Positions 47,839-59,190 of a DNA stretch of 64,000 nucleotides are shown piece after piece. The notes under the pieces were generated by a model, which was not told the origin of the DNA, ran no database searches, and was given only the letters and a program-made list of their open reading frames with translations. The DNA lies in the NCBI GenBank assembly GCA_002633005.1, contig NMRA01000074.1:501425-565424 (forward strand), read 5' to 3'. A program made the translations under genes and the position numbers. Source of the DNA: Phoronis australis (Eukaryota > Animalia > Phoronida). Position 1 is the first letter of the stretch. Each line of letters starts with the position of its first letter.

Positions 47839-48057
47839 CTAGGACGTCTTTTTAGACGTCTCAAACAACAGCACTTCTGAGCCACTTTCTACCAGAATAG
47901 ACGTCGGGTTGAGTTCTGTATCATCCGAACTGTCCAGAATGGAAAAACTGCTCACGCCCACCGACTTTGCTAGTTCCTGGTAATCCTTTTGAGTACTCGC
48001 GTTTCGCGTTGAACGAGGCTTCAAAACACTTGACACGAGATCTCGTATTTTGTTCAA
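47839..48057 (-). CDS. multi-EGF gene terminal exon (Ser-rich cytoplasmic tail)
   Basis: tcatttcag|TTG, phase 0, matches the CAG|gtaccg donor at 49262; LNKIRDLVSS..KDYQEL..SKKTS*. Confidence 0.6.
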   Translation of the reverse strand: MNKIRDLVSSVLKPRSTRNASTQKDYQELAKSVGVSSFSILDSSDDTELNPTSILVESGSEVLLFETSKKTS

Positions 48058-51000
48058 CTGAAATGACACCATAGCGAATTCACACTCAACGGCGTGGTCA
48101 TGTACATGAGGGCCACGTATATTTGGAGCCAGTTACAACAAAGTTCGTGCGTCCGGTGATAAACTGCTGGTAACTAAGGTGGTTGTATCGTAAGTAGGTC
48201 GATGGAACCATAGGCAGAGGTGGATTCCTGCACAGCATTTGATAAGACTTTCATTGCACGGCAACCGTGATAGAGTGTTATAATATACATGTACAGTGGA
48301 GTAGTAAACGACACGGCGAATTTATTAACCAACTGGGCGTTCGACCTTTGGTAAACTGGCCCTTGAAGATTAATTAAAAAGCAAGTCATATTTGCTTATT
48401 ACCCGAATGCAGTGAAATTGTATGATTGGGAATTTTACTGCCAATAAAACCCACTGTGTAAATCAAAATTGATCAAACGTCATTCTCACAAAGGAGTAAT
48501 AAATGTATCTCCGATCAAACATTCCGCAACTTGGAAAACGTAGCGCGATCGGCAATGGTTGTCTACCACACAGCCCAACCAACTGCTTTTTATCGTTTCG
48601 AAAACGGGTGAAAATCTCTTCCGTTTTAATTATCTTCAAAAATCGAAGACAATATGAGTACCAGCGCAAAGTCTTACATTGGCGGGTTTAGAGAGGGGGA
48701 ACACCCAAGAAAACGACCACAAGAACGCCGTCAGCATGCCCAATCTGGGGCCTATGCAGCGTTTTCCTGCAACCGAGACTGGGAAAATCTTGCGACATCC
48801 GAGATGCACCAGTTATGAATACATGGTTTCGTTCCGCAACGGAAGGTAATCATGAGTGGTGGTTAGTAAAATTACGTGCTTTGGTTGTACTTCACGCCGA
48901 TATCTCACGAAGGTTTGCGAGATTTCGCTTTTCTAGCAAGATACTTGACTTTTTCGAAACGAGGCCATTTGACGAATAAATGTGGTAAGCTTGCTTGACG
49001 ACCCCCGGGTACACTCACAACAATGTAAAACCAGTTATACTCGATCCGCCGTTGTGTCTGTGTAGTCACACATTGTGCCCTCTAGCTCATAGAACACGTC
49101 ATTACAGGCTTATAGCAGATTTCAGGTTGTCAGCTACTGAAGTAATATTCTTTTGGACTGGATCTGGGACATCGATATTAATTCATGTAACTGAACACAC
49201 TGTATTAGCTTTTTCTAGTGATGTAGGTCACTGTAAAACTGATTAAACACTAGAGCGGTACCTGTCTTGTGGATGACGAAACTGTGTTTGCGTTGTAGTT
49301 GGTGTTGTTGTTTGCGTTAGTGTCTTGGCCCGACAGCAGCGTGATTGGCTTAGGCTTGAATGTGTTGGCTATCTCTTGCCTGGAGACAAAACAGAAAGAC
49401 TCAGGGGCGATACCGTAATATCTACATGTACTCACCGGTCAAAGACTGAATGCTAGCGAGGTTGCGTATTTTTGCTTGTAGCATGGCGATAATCTCGCGA
49501 CGACTTGTACGATTTCGCTAAACGTGCAATATCTGGATAAAAGCGAAACCGCATGCTGGTCTAGTCTTCAGTAAAAATCAGATCATTTTCGTGTCATACG
49601 GCATCTGCTAGCATATAACCTGGTGCACATCCCAAAAAACGAAGCCGCCATTCGGTCACATTTTGACCATGCGAAGCTGCAACCTTACTAAATGCACTTT
49701 CAAATTGTCTTATTTCTCTCACTTTCTGTACATTTTCCAGGATTTTTTTTCCAATTGCCCAATGATTTAAGATGCACGTTGTTCTTGTTTGGAAAACAAT
49801 ATGACATACTAAAATAGAAACATAATTTTATTGTACCCCTGTACGCCGAAAGAACGTTTCTGCTCGAATGTTATTGAGAGCGAGGACACAACCCGCGTTT
49901 TTCGTATTTTGACTCAAGTTGCGCCAGTTAAGGGTGAAAAGGCACGCTTTTTATGTTCAGCTTGTTCAAATACACCTGTTGAACTCATTAATTGACCAAT
50001 GGATAACCAGATGTCAGGTATGCTCGCCAGACCGTAATGCTAACAGAGGTTGTGTTCGAGACCATCTGGAAATTGGATCACGTAACCTTACTTTTTCTTA
50101 GCGTTTGTATATCTAAATATATATGTGATTGTGCACATGTATGTAGAATTTACCTATTCATGGCGCAGAATATAATCAGTCCAATGATGATGATAAATAT
50201 GGAAAGGCCAACCACGATAGCAATCACTCCCTCTCTGTTCGCAGTCAGGCCACCGGATGATATTTGTTCTGCATCAGAAATAAGAGAAATAAGCGCCGCC
50301 TTCCACACATTTCAGCAAGGCAAGATTGCTATATTAAAAGAGGATGAAATTGTTTTAGTGTGTGTTTAGTTTATTTCGGCCTCCATGTGTGAAAAGACGC
50401 AACGCCTCCCTGAACACCAAGGGTTCACCCAACATATACTTAGTAAATTGAACATCCAGGGATTCACAAAACAGCGAGCCCTTATACTTATAATCAAATA
50501 CATGGGGTCATTACCGGTCTCTGCGAAAACCGGGAAATTCTGCAGCACCGGCACTTTCATCAAAGCTTAAAGGTTTAAAGTTAGCCATAGTCTTCCTTTG
50601 ATTCAAGATAGAAATTTCAGCAAGAATAAAAAAGCGAAATTGTCACGTTTTCTCCTGTGGATGCTTGGGTGCAATTAGTATTCGCTGCTATGAAACTGAC
50701 GACACTGACGGAGTGTTTACAAGTTTACTCAAACGACGTAGTGCCTGTTCTATGTTCGAGCCAGTGTTGCGAACGCTTGACTTGTGACGAACACCTGAGA
50801 CACTTCAGCAACCGTTGCAATCTAATGGGTTCATTCAATAACATGCTATCTCTGTTGCTGGATCTCTATTGACTAACGCTGCAACTGCTGATTCTTTAAT
50901 TGCAACTAACACTCAACTTTAACTCAACTCAACCTCAGCTCCACTCAACTCAACGGACTCACACTAACCCGTGCCTGGTATTTATAGTCCCTTACAATTT

Positions 51001-54000
51001 CTAGCACTTCTCCTTAGCCAGGCACATTCTTGATCTTTGCGCAAGCTCTAGAACGTTCCAAACTTCGGTTCCATTTTTAATCACTAGAATCGACTGGAAT
51101 GTGCTCTAGCATTATATTCTAAACTCCTTACAACCTCACTAGATTGACCTAATTCGTTGTCTGCTAGTGAACTAATATAACAAAAATAACCTATATAACT
51201 AAAAATGTTGTCAGTCCACTCCTGACAAGACGTCAGCTATAGCCTGAACACTATGAACAGCATAACCACAATCTTAGTGGTGTTGTCAAAGTCACTTCGT
51301 TCAGATAAAAACGACAAAACAAATCAAAATAAAACTCAACTTTGCTACGATACGTTACCGTTGTTTTCAAGTTCACAGTTCTTTCCTCGCCTATTGTCGA
51401 AGCACAAGCATTCGTAATCTCCATACTTTTTTTTGAAGCACGTTCCACCACCTTTACAAGGATTACTTGCACACGGGTTGCTCTCAATTTCGCAATTCAC
51501 GCCTAAAACACATTTTAAAATGTAAAGCGACAACTTACCGTGGTGCTAAACGGCAAGAACTTCAACGTGGTACATACATGTAGATTGTTGCCATACAGTG
51601 CCTGGTCTATAAATCACACGTTCAACTACAATTCAGGAATTCCCTACCTGTAAACGGCTTGACACAAAGGCATTTGTAATCTACATCGTTGAGCTTTGTG
51701 CATGTGCCGCTGTTCCGGCACGGGTTCCTATCGCAGGGATGTACCCTTGTTTCGCACTGGGCCCCCTTGAAGTGCTCGTCGCACAAACACTTGTAATCAC
51801 CGCCTTTGGAATTAGGTGGCCGCCTGTCGGGAATTTTGACTTTCTCGTCGCGGCGCCGCCGTTTGCCGTCGTGCTCTTCTGTCTTCCATTTCGGCCCAAG
51901 GTTAACCACGATCACTTGGCATTCGCCACCGTTGTGACAAGGGCGCGTGCTGCACGGACCCTCGTCGTTCTCGCAGTACAACCCAGTAAAGCCCTTTTTA
52001 CATAAGCAGGAGAAGGTCAAGCCGCTCAATGTGACGTTCTCGATGCACGTGCCACCATTTTTGCAGAAGACGTCAATGCAAGGCGTCTTGTCGAACTCGC
52101 AGTGTTTGCCGGCGAAATCTCTCGGACAAACACACTTGTAGTTCTCCTCGCGCATCTTTTTGACTCGCTTCCCGATTTCACGGGCAGTTCCCAGCTGGTT
52201 TTTAGCCACCAGACGCTGGATGAGATGTACCAGTAGCCTCATTTGCGGTTGGTTCTTGCCAGTTTTACCTTCACAGTAGCCGCCGTTCTCGCACTCAACG
52301 CCAGAGCAAACTCCTGCTGGCTGCTCGCAGTGTGTGCCTGTAAGTACACGGAGGTCCCACGCACAATAACCTAGATGCATTACGTAATTACAACGACTAA
52401 GAACGCCACGAAAATGTGCCGAGAAGTTGCCAAGGAGGCGTTGGAGCCCACCGTAAGGGTGCCTTGAGTTGCAAAAGCTGCGTGAGTTACTTATGGACGG
52501 AATTTGGCCTCAGAGCAATTAACAAACATTGACATTTAATCGTTTTTAACCGTCTAACCAGTTAAGTCTGTGTGTCCATATGGAACCTCAGTGCAAATTG
52601 CCCCTTACATGTACCTTTGAAGCCGGGTTTGCAGATGCATGTGTACCTATCCACACCGTTCAGGCAGACGCCGCCGTTAAAACATGGACGCACGTTGCAT
52701 TCATTCAACTTTCGTTGGCACCGTTCACCAAAAAAGCCCTTCTTGCAGTTACACTTGAATCTTAGGTGTCCGTCAACGCACCTGAAGGACACAACCTGTG
52801 TCAGAGAATCAGGTAGCATGGCTGTTCCGAAAACTAGATAGTAAACATTTTTAAGTAGGCTATCTCTGTATTTGTCTTTGGTTAACGATTGGAAATTAGC
52901 TCGTTTCATTCACCACGATTTTATTTTGCATAGTATAATGTCAACCACTTTGATAACTAAGCGCTAGATTTTGCTACTTTCATACTTGTATTTTTGTATA
53001 GGGGCCGGAGGCCTAAGTACTGAAATAAAAGTGTTAGTATTAACGTGTAGATTGCCAGTTTCAAGCACAAACAGGGATCAGATTGATCACTCATGGAGGG
53101 CCTACAAAGTGAGATCACACAGCCAAGTTATGCCTCGTCTGAAACGTGCTAAGGTAGCCTATACAGTATATTGAACAATTACTGTTCTAGTCCAAAACCA
53201 GAATGGATCGCTTGTAGCGAAACAATGATTACTTACGTTCCGCCGTTAGCACAAGGGTTGCTTACACAGTCGTCAGCGGATTTCCGACAAGTATCTCCCA
53301 CCCAGCCACTGTAGCACAAGCACCTGAACTGTGAATTGCCGGCATCTTTACAAGTGCCGTGCTTGCAAGGGCTCGATGCACAGGAATTGGGTTTGTTCTG
53401 GCACAAGACACCTGCAACGTTGGTGCGATAACGTTTGTTTCAGAGGATTGTTCAGTTGACGTGGTGATACTCGTAACCCGCACTTGTTGCTTGATGAGCC
53501 GTCTCGATTTTATCATTTTGCAGTCATTTGTTTGACCCTCAGGTGTACATTTACTATTTCCTTAGCATGTCGACTGGCCGTATGTAACGGTTTTGAGAAG
53601 ACAGAGCTACATCAGCACCTGTGACCCTGTCTCACGGTCTGAGATAAAGTCACAGTAGTCGACTTTATATGTGCAAATACCTAACATGTACATTCACTGC
53701 TCCCCAATTTTGACTTCAGTGTAGCCTTTTCAACAGTGTTGTCCACCTCTCACTTAGTGGTTGTACTTAGGAACACGTCGGTAAACCAAAACGTGAATTC
53801 AATTTAATCGCGCATTAAGAAGAGACAGGACACTTTGGCTTTAATGCACAATACGTTAATAACGGAAACACAACTTCGAAGAAATAAAAGTTGAAGCGTT
53901 TGTACCTGAGAACCCTTCCAGGCAAGTACACGTGAACGTTTTTCCGGTATTGACGCAAGTGCCTCCATTGTCACAGGGTTGTAACAGACAGTGGTCAATG

Positions 54001-57000
54001 TTGTTCTGACATCTCTCCCCTGTGTAGTCTGTTGTCAGACAATAGCAATGAGACGTCCATTATAAGTAATTCAGTTTTCTTTCATCATAAAAGAAACCTC
54101 GTACCCCATAAAAGTAGCATGCCCACCATCTTTTTAGTCAAACAATTCCATGAATCATCCAAATCCATGTGCGCACCCGGGGGGGGGGGCTGCTCGGGGA
54201 GCTCGAACGAGCCCCCTATTTGACGAAGTGGGCAAAAAGGTCCGCCTCCGAGAGACAAAAAGTCCGAGAAAATGAGGCATAAGTCCATTAAACATGCGCC
54301 AACGCGTAATTCACAGTGGTGCTCCCGTTTCTTGTTTTTTTGTCCGCCCACTTTTTGTTACCAAAAGGTCCACAAAGTCAGAAATTCGAGCCTCCCATAT
54401 TGAAGGCTGTGTGGGCGCATGAAATAATTGTAGTACTTCCTACGGTTTTGTATACAATATGCTTCAACTTACCAGCAAGACACACGCAAGTAAATTCATT
54501 TACACCATCAATACATGTTCCGTCGTTCCTACACGGTTGATCGCGGCAGTCGTCGATGTTAGACTCGCAGTAGTATCCAGTGAACCCGACCCTGCACGTA
54601 CAAGTAAAGCCCTCGCGTGCTTCGGCGTCGTTTTCGCAAGTGCCTCCATGGAGACAAGGCGTGCGCCCGCATTTGTTCACGCGCAGATGACAGCGATCAC
54701 CAGTGAACCCTTTCATGCAAACGCACAGATATCCATCGCCTTCTCCTTCCGTGCATGTTCCGCCGTTGACGCACGGGTTGCTTTTGCAATTATCAATTCT
54801 CTCGGTACAATGAGTTCCAGTGAATGAGTTGTGACACTTGCAGTCATAGCCGTCGGGCTTCTCTACACATGTACCACCATTGGGATTGCACTCGTTATCT
54901 TTACAATGTAGCAAATTCTTTTCGCACACTAGTCCAGCGTAATTGTCCAGGCACCTGCATTTAAAGCCCTCGTCCACAGGGAAGCACGTGCCCCCGTGCC
55001 GACAAGGATTTTCTTTGCACTGCTTGAGGACTTCTTCTTGACAACGTAGTCCAGTAAAACCCTTCTTACACTTGCAATGAAATCTATTCAAACCATCTGT
55101 ACATTCGCCTCCGTTCAAGCAAGGATCACTTAGGCACTCGTTAATCCCTTCCTCACAGAAACGACCAGCGTATCCGGGCTGGCACGAGCAGTGGAACCCT
55201 GTCGACACGTCTACGCATGTGCCTCTGTTGAGACATTCCACGTGGTCGCAACTCAACACGTTGTGCTGGCATGTGACACCAGTAAAACCTTCCAAGCAAA
55301 GACATTCAAAGTGGGCAAAGGAATCGATGCATTTACCACCGTGATGGCAGGGCTCACTTTTGCACTCGTCCACATCGTGTTCACACTCCTCACCTATATG
55401 CCCCGGAAGACAGTTGCACTGATAGCCGTCTTCGTATCGGACGCACTCACCGTGGTTTTGACACGGTTCACTTTGACAGGGGTCCCGATCTGTGGGGAGC
55501 TCGCACAGTTTGCCGGTAAAGCCGGGAACGCAAATGCACTTAAAATCGACCGGAGTGATAGGTTGGCAATCTCCATTGTTTTCGCACGGATTCACGGCGC
55601 ACGGACTTGCCTTTGAGTCACACGCTTCGCCCGTGTACCCCTCTAGACACAAACAAAACGGATTGTCCTTGGTGCACGTGCCGTGTTTACATGGAATGTG
55701 CATGCACGGGTCAAGCAAATAGCTCTCACAGTTTCGACCAGTGTAGTCGTAAGTGCACCGGCAGACATACGTGTTGCGCTTGTCGACGCACTGTCCATTG
55801 TTCAAGCACGGTTGCGACTGGCACTCATCAATATCTATGCCGCAGTCGCGCCCCTCAAATCCGGCAATGCACTCGCAGCGAGGCTCCTTTCCCTTCTCCG
55901 AGATGCACTCGCCAAACTCACACGCTATTCCCTCGCAGTCTGTCAATTTGTGTCCGCACAACTTTCCAGTATATTCGGAAGGGCACTTGCATTTGAACTG
56001 CTGTTGCTTGTCTTGGAAGCATTCGCCGTTGTTCTTACACGGGTTTGAAATACACTGAACAACACCAGTTTTCTTTTTGCTCCTGGGTGTATTGCACATC
56101 TTTCCCTCGTAGTCGTCCTTGCAGATACATTTGAAACTTCCCAGCTTGGTGTCCTCGCACTTTCCGTCATTCTGGCACGGCATACTCATGCAACCCTTCT
56201 CTTCGAATTGGCACCGATCGCCGTGGAAACCTTCTTCGCACTCGCATCCGATGCCCACATTGAATGTAACACATTTTCCGTGTTCTCCACATTTCTCCTT
56301 CGAGCACGATCCTAAAACTGCCTCGTCGCAAAACTTGCCCTGCCAGTTTGCAGTGCACTGACAGATGTAGCCGTTGATAATGTCGACGCAGAGTCCGCCA
56401 TTTTGACAGCGATTGTCTAGACACTCGTTTACCTCGTACTGGCATCTGTCTCCGACGAATCCTGGCATGCACTTGCACGTGATCATCATTTGGTTTTTCG
56501 AGCAAGTACCGTGGTTGTAGCACGTATCTGGACTGCATGTGTACACTTCACTCTCACACAAGTCACCGTCGTACCCGTTGATGCACTTACACGTGAACTT
56601 ACCACCTGGAAGTGACGCGCAAATGGCACCGTGCTTACAAGGTGTGCTGGAGCAGCCGGATTCTTCTTCATCGCACTTTTCTCCAGAATAACCGACGTCG
56701 CATTTACAGACGAAAGCACCACCAAGTTGTACGCAAACGCCATGCTTCGAGCAGTCACAGTTCTGTTGTTCACACGTGCTTCCAAAATAGCCAGACGCAC
56801 ACTCGCAGGCAATGTCTTCGCCGTTGGATATACAAGTCCCTCCGTTTTTGCAGATGTTTTGCGTACAACTTGTTTTTTCCACATCCTCGTGCTCACAAAA
56901 TTTTCCAAAGAAACTAGGTACGCAGCGACAGACGTGCATTTTGGTTTCCACCACACAGGTTCCGCCATTTCTGCACGGTTCATTGTCACAAACAGTTACA

Positions 57001-59112
57001 TCAGCACTCATGTCAGAATCCATTTTAATATTAACTGCATCAACAGGCTGCCGGCTTTGCTCACCCGCATTCACTATATCAACGTTTACTTTGGATATCT
57101 CCCCCTCTTCATCAGCTGGGGTCTTTGCTACTTCCTGTGGCAAAGCTTTGTCCTCTGAGTCCGAGAGAGTGTTTTCGCACCTCTCGCCTTTGTAACCTGT
57201 GTCACATTTACACCAGAATATACCAACACCTTCTAAACACCGCCCACGATTATGGCATGGGTTGCTGTTACAAGGTGAGTTATACAATTCACAGACGGAA
57301 CCTTCAAAGCCTTCCTTACACGTGCAGGAATAGCCGTCAGCATCTCCCTCACAAACGCCACCGTGTTGGCACGGGCTCGACCTACACGCTGTAGATTGTT
57401 GTCCTTCGTCACCTTGGACGTCGCAGTGTTTGCCACTGTATCCTCTCTTGCACGTGCACTGGAATCCATCTTGTTTGTCAAAGCACGTGCCGCCATTGTA
57501 GCACGGATTAGACATGCACGACTCTACTCGCAGCTGGCAAAGACTTCCGGAATACCCCTTCGTGCATTTGCATTCGAACGTCGTATCTGTTGGAACGCAC
57601 GTGCCTCCATTTTGACATGGATTTCCCGTACACTGGGCACTCGGCTTGTCACATACCTGACCACCGTATTGTGGAGGACACTCACAATGCACGTCACCGC
57701 TGCGATCACTTGTACAAGTCCCCCCGTTCCGACATTGCAGGTCAGCGCAGCTGTCGCCGTCGGCCCGCTTTTTGCGACTTTTGGCCAGCATTGGTGTCTG
57801 ACACAAGTTACCTAAAAATCCTTTAGGACACTGACAAAACACTCCGCCTGTCCCAATTTTGCATACGCCGTCGTTCAGGCAGAGCAGTTTTGCGCACAGA
57901 TCAGGGTCGTCTCCCGTTACGGCGGAAACAGGCACGATAGGGATGTGACACATATTGCCCATGAAGAAAGGGGTGCACTTACACAGGACGTTGCCATGGA
58001 TGTCGGTTATGCATGTACCGCCATTGTGACAGTATACATAAGCGCAGTCGTGTCCGTCGGGTCTGTTTGGGTTCATAATTGGCGAACCTGCTGTCACTGG
58101 AATGTGACAGCGTTTACCTCTGAAACCCTTCGCGCACACGCAAAAGAAAAGGCCGCTGCGGTCAGGTTTGCACTTTCCGTCGTTTAGACAGTTAAGATCC
58201 TCACAGTTGGTATACCCGACTTTCGGGATATCCTGGCTGGATTCATTAATTTTAGCTTCCACATAAATCTCTTTCGCATTGGCAAAGGGAAAATGAGGGG
58301 CTACGTTTGGTCTGCGTCGTATGGTGTTGACCATCACAGGTCTTATGACTGGTCGGCGGTTACCAAAGGCGCGCAGTGATTTCAAGTTGGTGGCTTGAAC
58401 GTGTTGTGCCGGAACTTTGGTAGCTCCGATGGACAGAGGCCTATGAAAATCAAGTTCAAGCCAGACATCTCGCTTCTTCTTTGACTTCTTCACCTCGCAC
58501 CGCCGGCCGATGTACCCTCTAAAACAGGTGCATAGATAGTCCTTAACGAGGTCGTAACAGTTGCCGTTGACGCACGGAGAACTTTCACATTCGTTGATAT
58601 TCGTCTCACATAGCTGTCCTGTGTAGCCTGGTACGCAGTGACACACGGGGCTCGTGTCCCCGCTGACGCACTTGGCACCATTCTTGCACGGCAGCAGAGC
58701 GCAGTGGTCCAGCAGTATCTGGAATGGTTTTTGTAGCGTTCTAGATCCAATAATACAAAAGTATGTCATGATGTGTCAACTTGGCCGAGTGAAAAATGCA
58801 GGGAATTTAGATGGTGTTGCGGGGTGCCGAAAAATTTTAAAAAGTGAGAAAATCTACCAAGAACAGGGCAATCGGAAAATACACTGTACGCTGACAGCAA
58901 CACGAATCACTGGATCGGATTCTTTTCCAATGTAAATTTATCTTTTTTAGAATTTAAGATCACGGATATAGGTACATGTAAATGCAGACAACAGTAAGCC
59001 TATTTCTCAGAACTGTCGAATTAACAAAAAAAAAACACGTCATCTGGGCAACAGGTAGAAGTTGCACAAATGAATTTAGAAATAATTGAAAACATTAATA
59101 ATGCGCCCACAC

Positions 59113-59190
<78 letters not shown>

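Noticed and set aside
54459-58187. Overlapping plus-strand ORFs within the giant EGF exon
   Set aside because: Antisense shadows of a Cys-rich coding region without recognisable domains.
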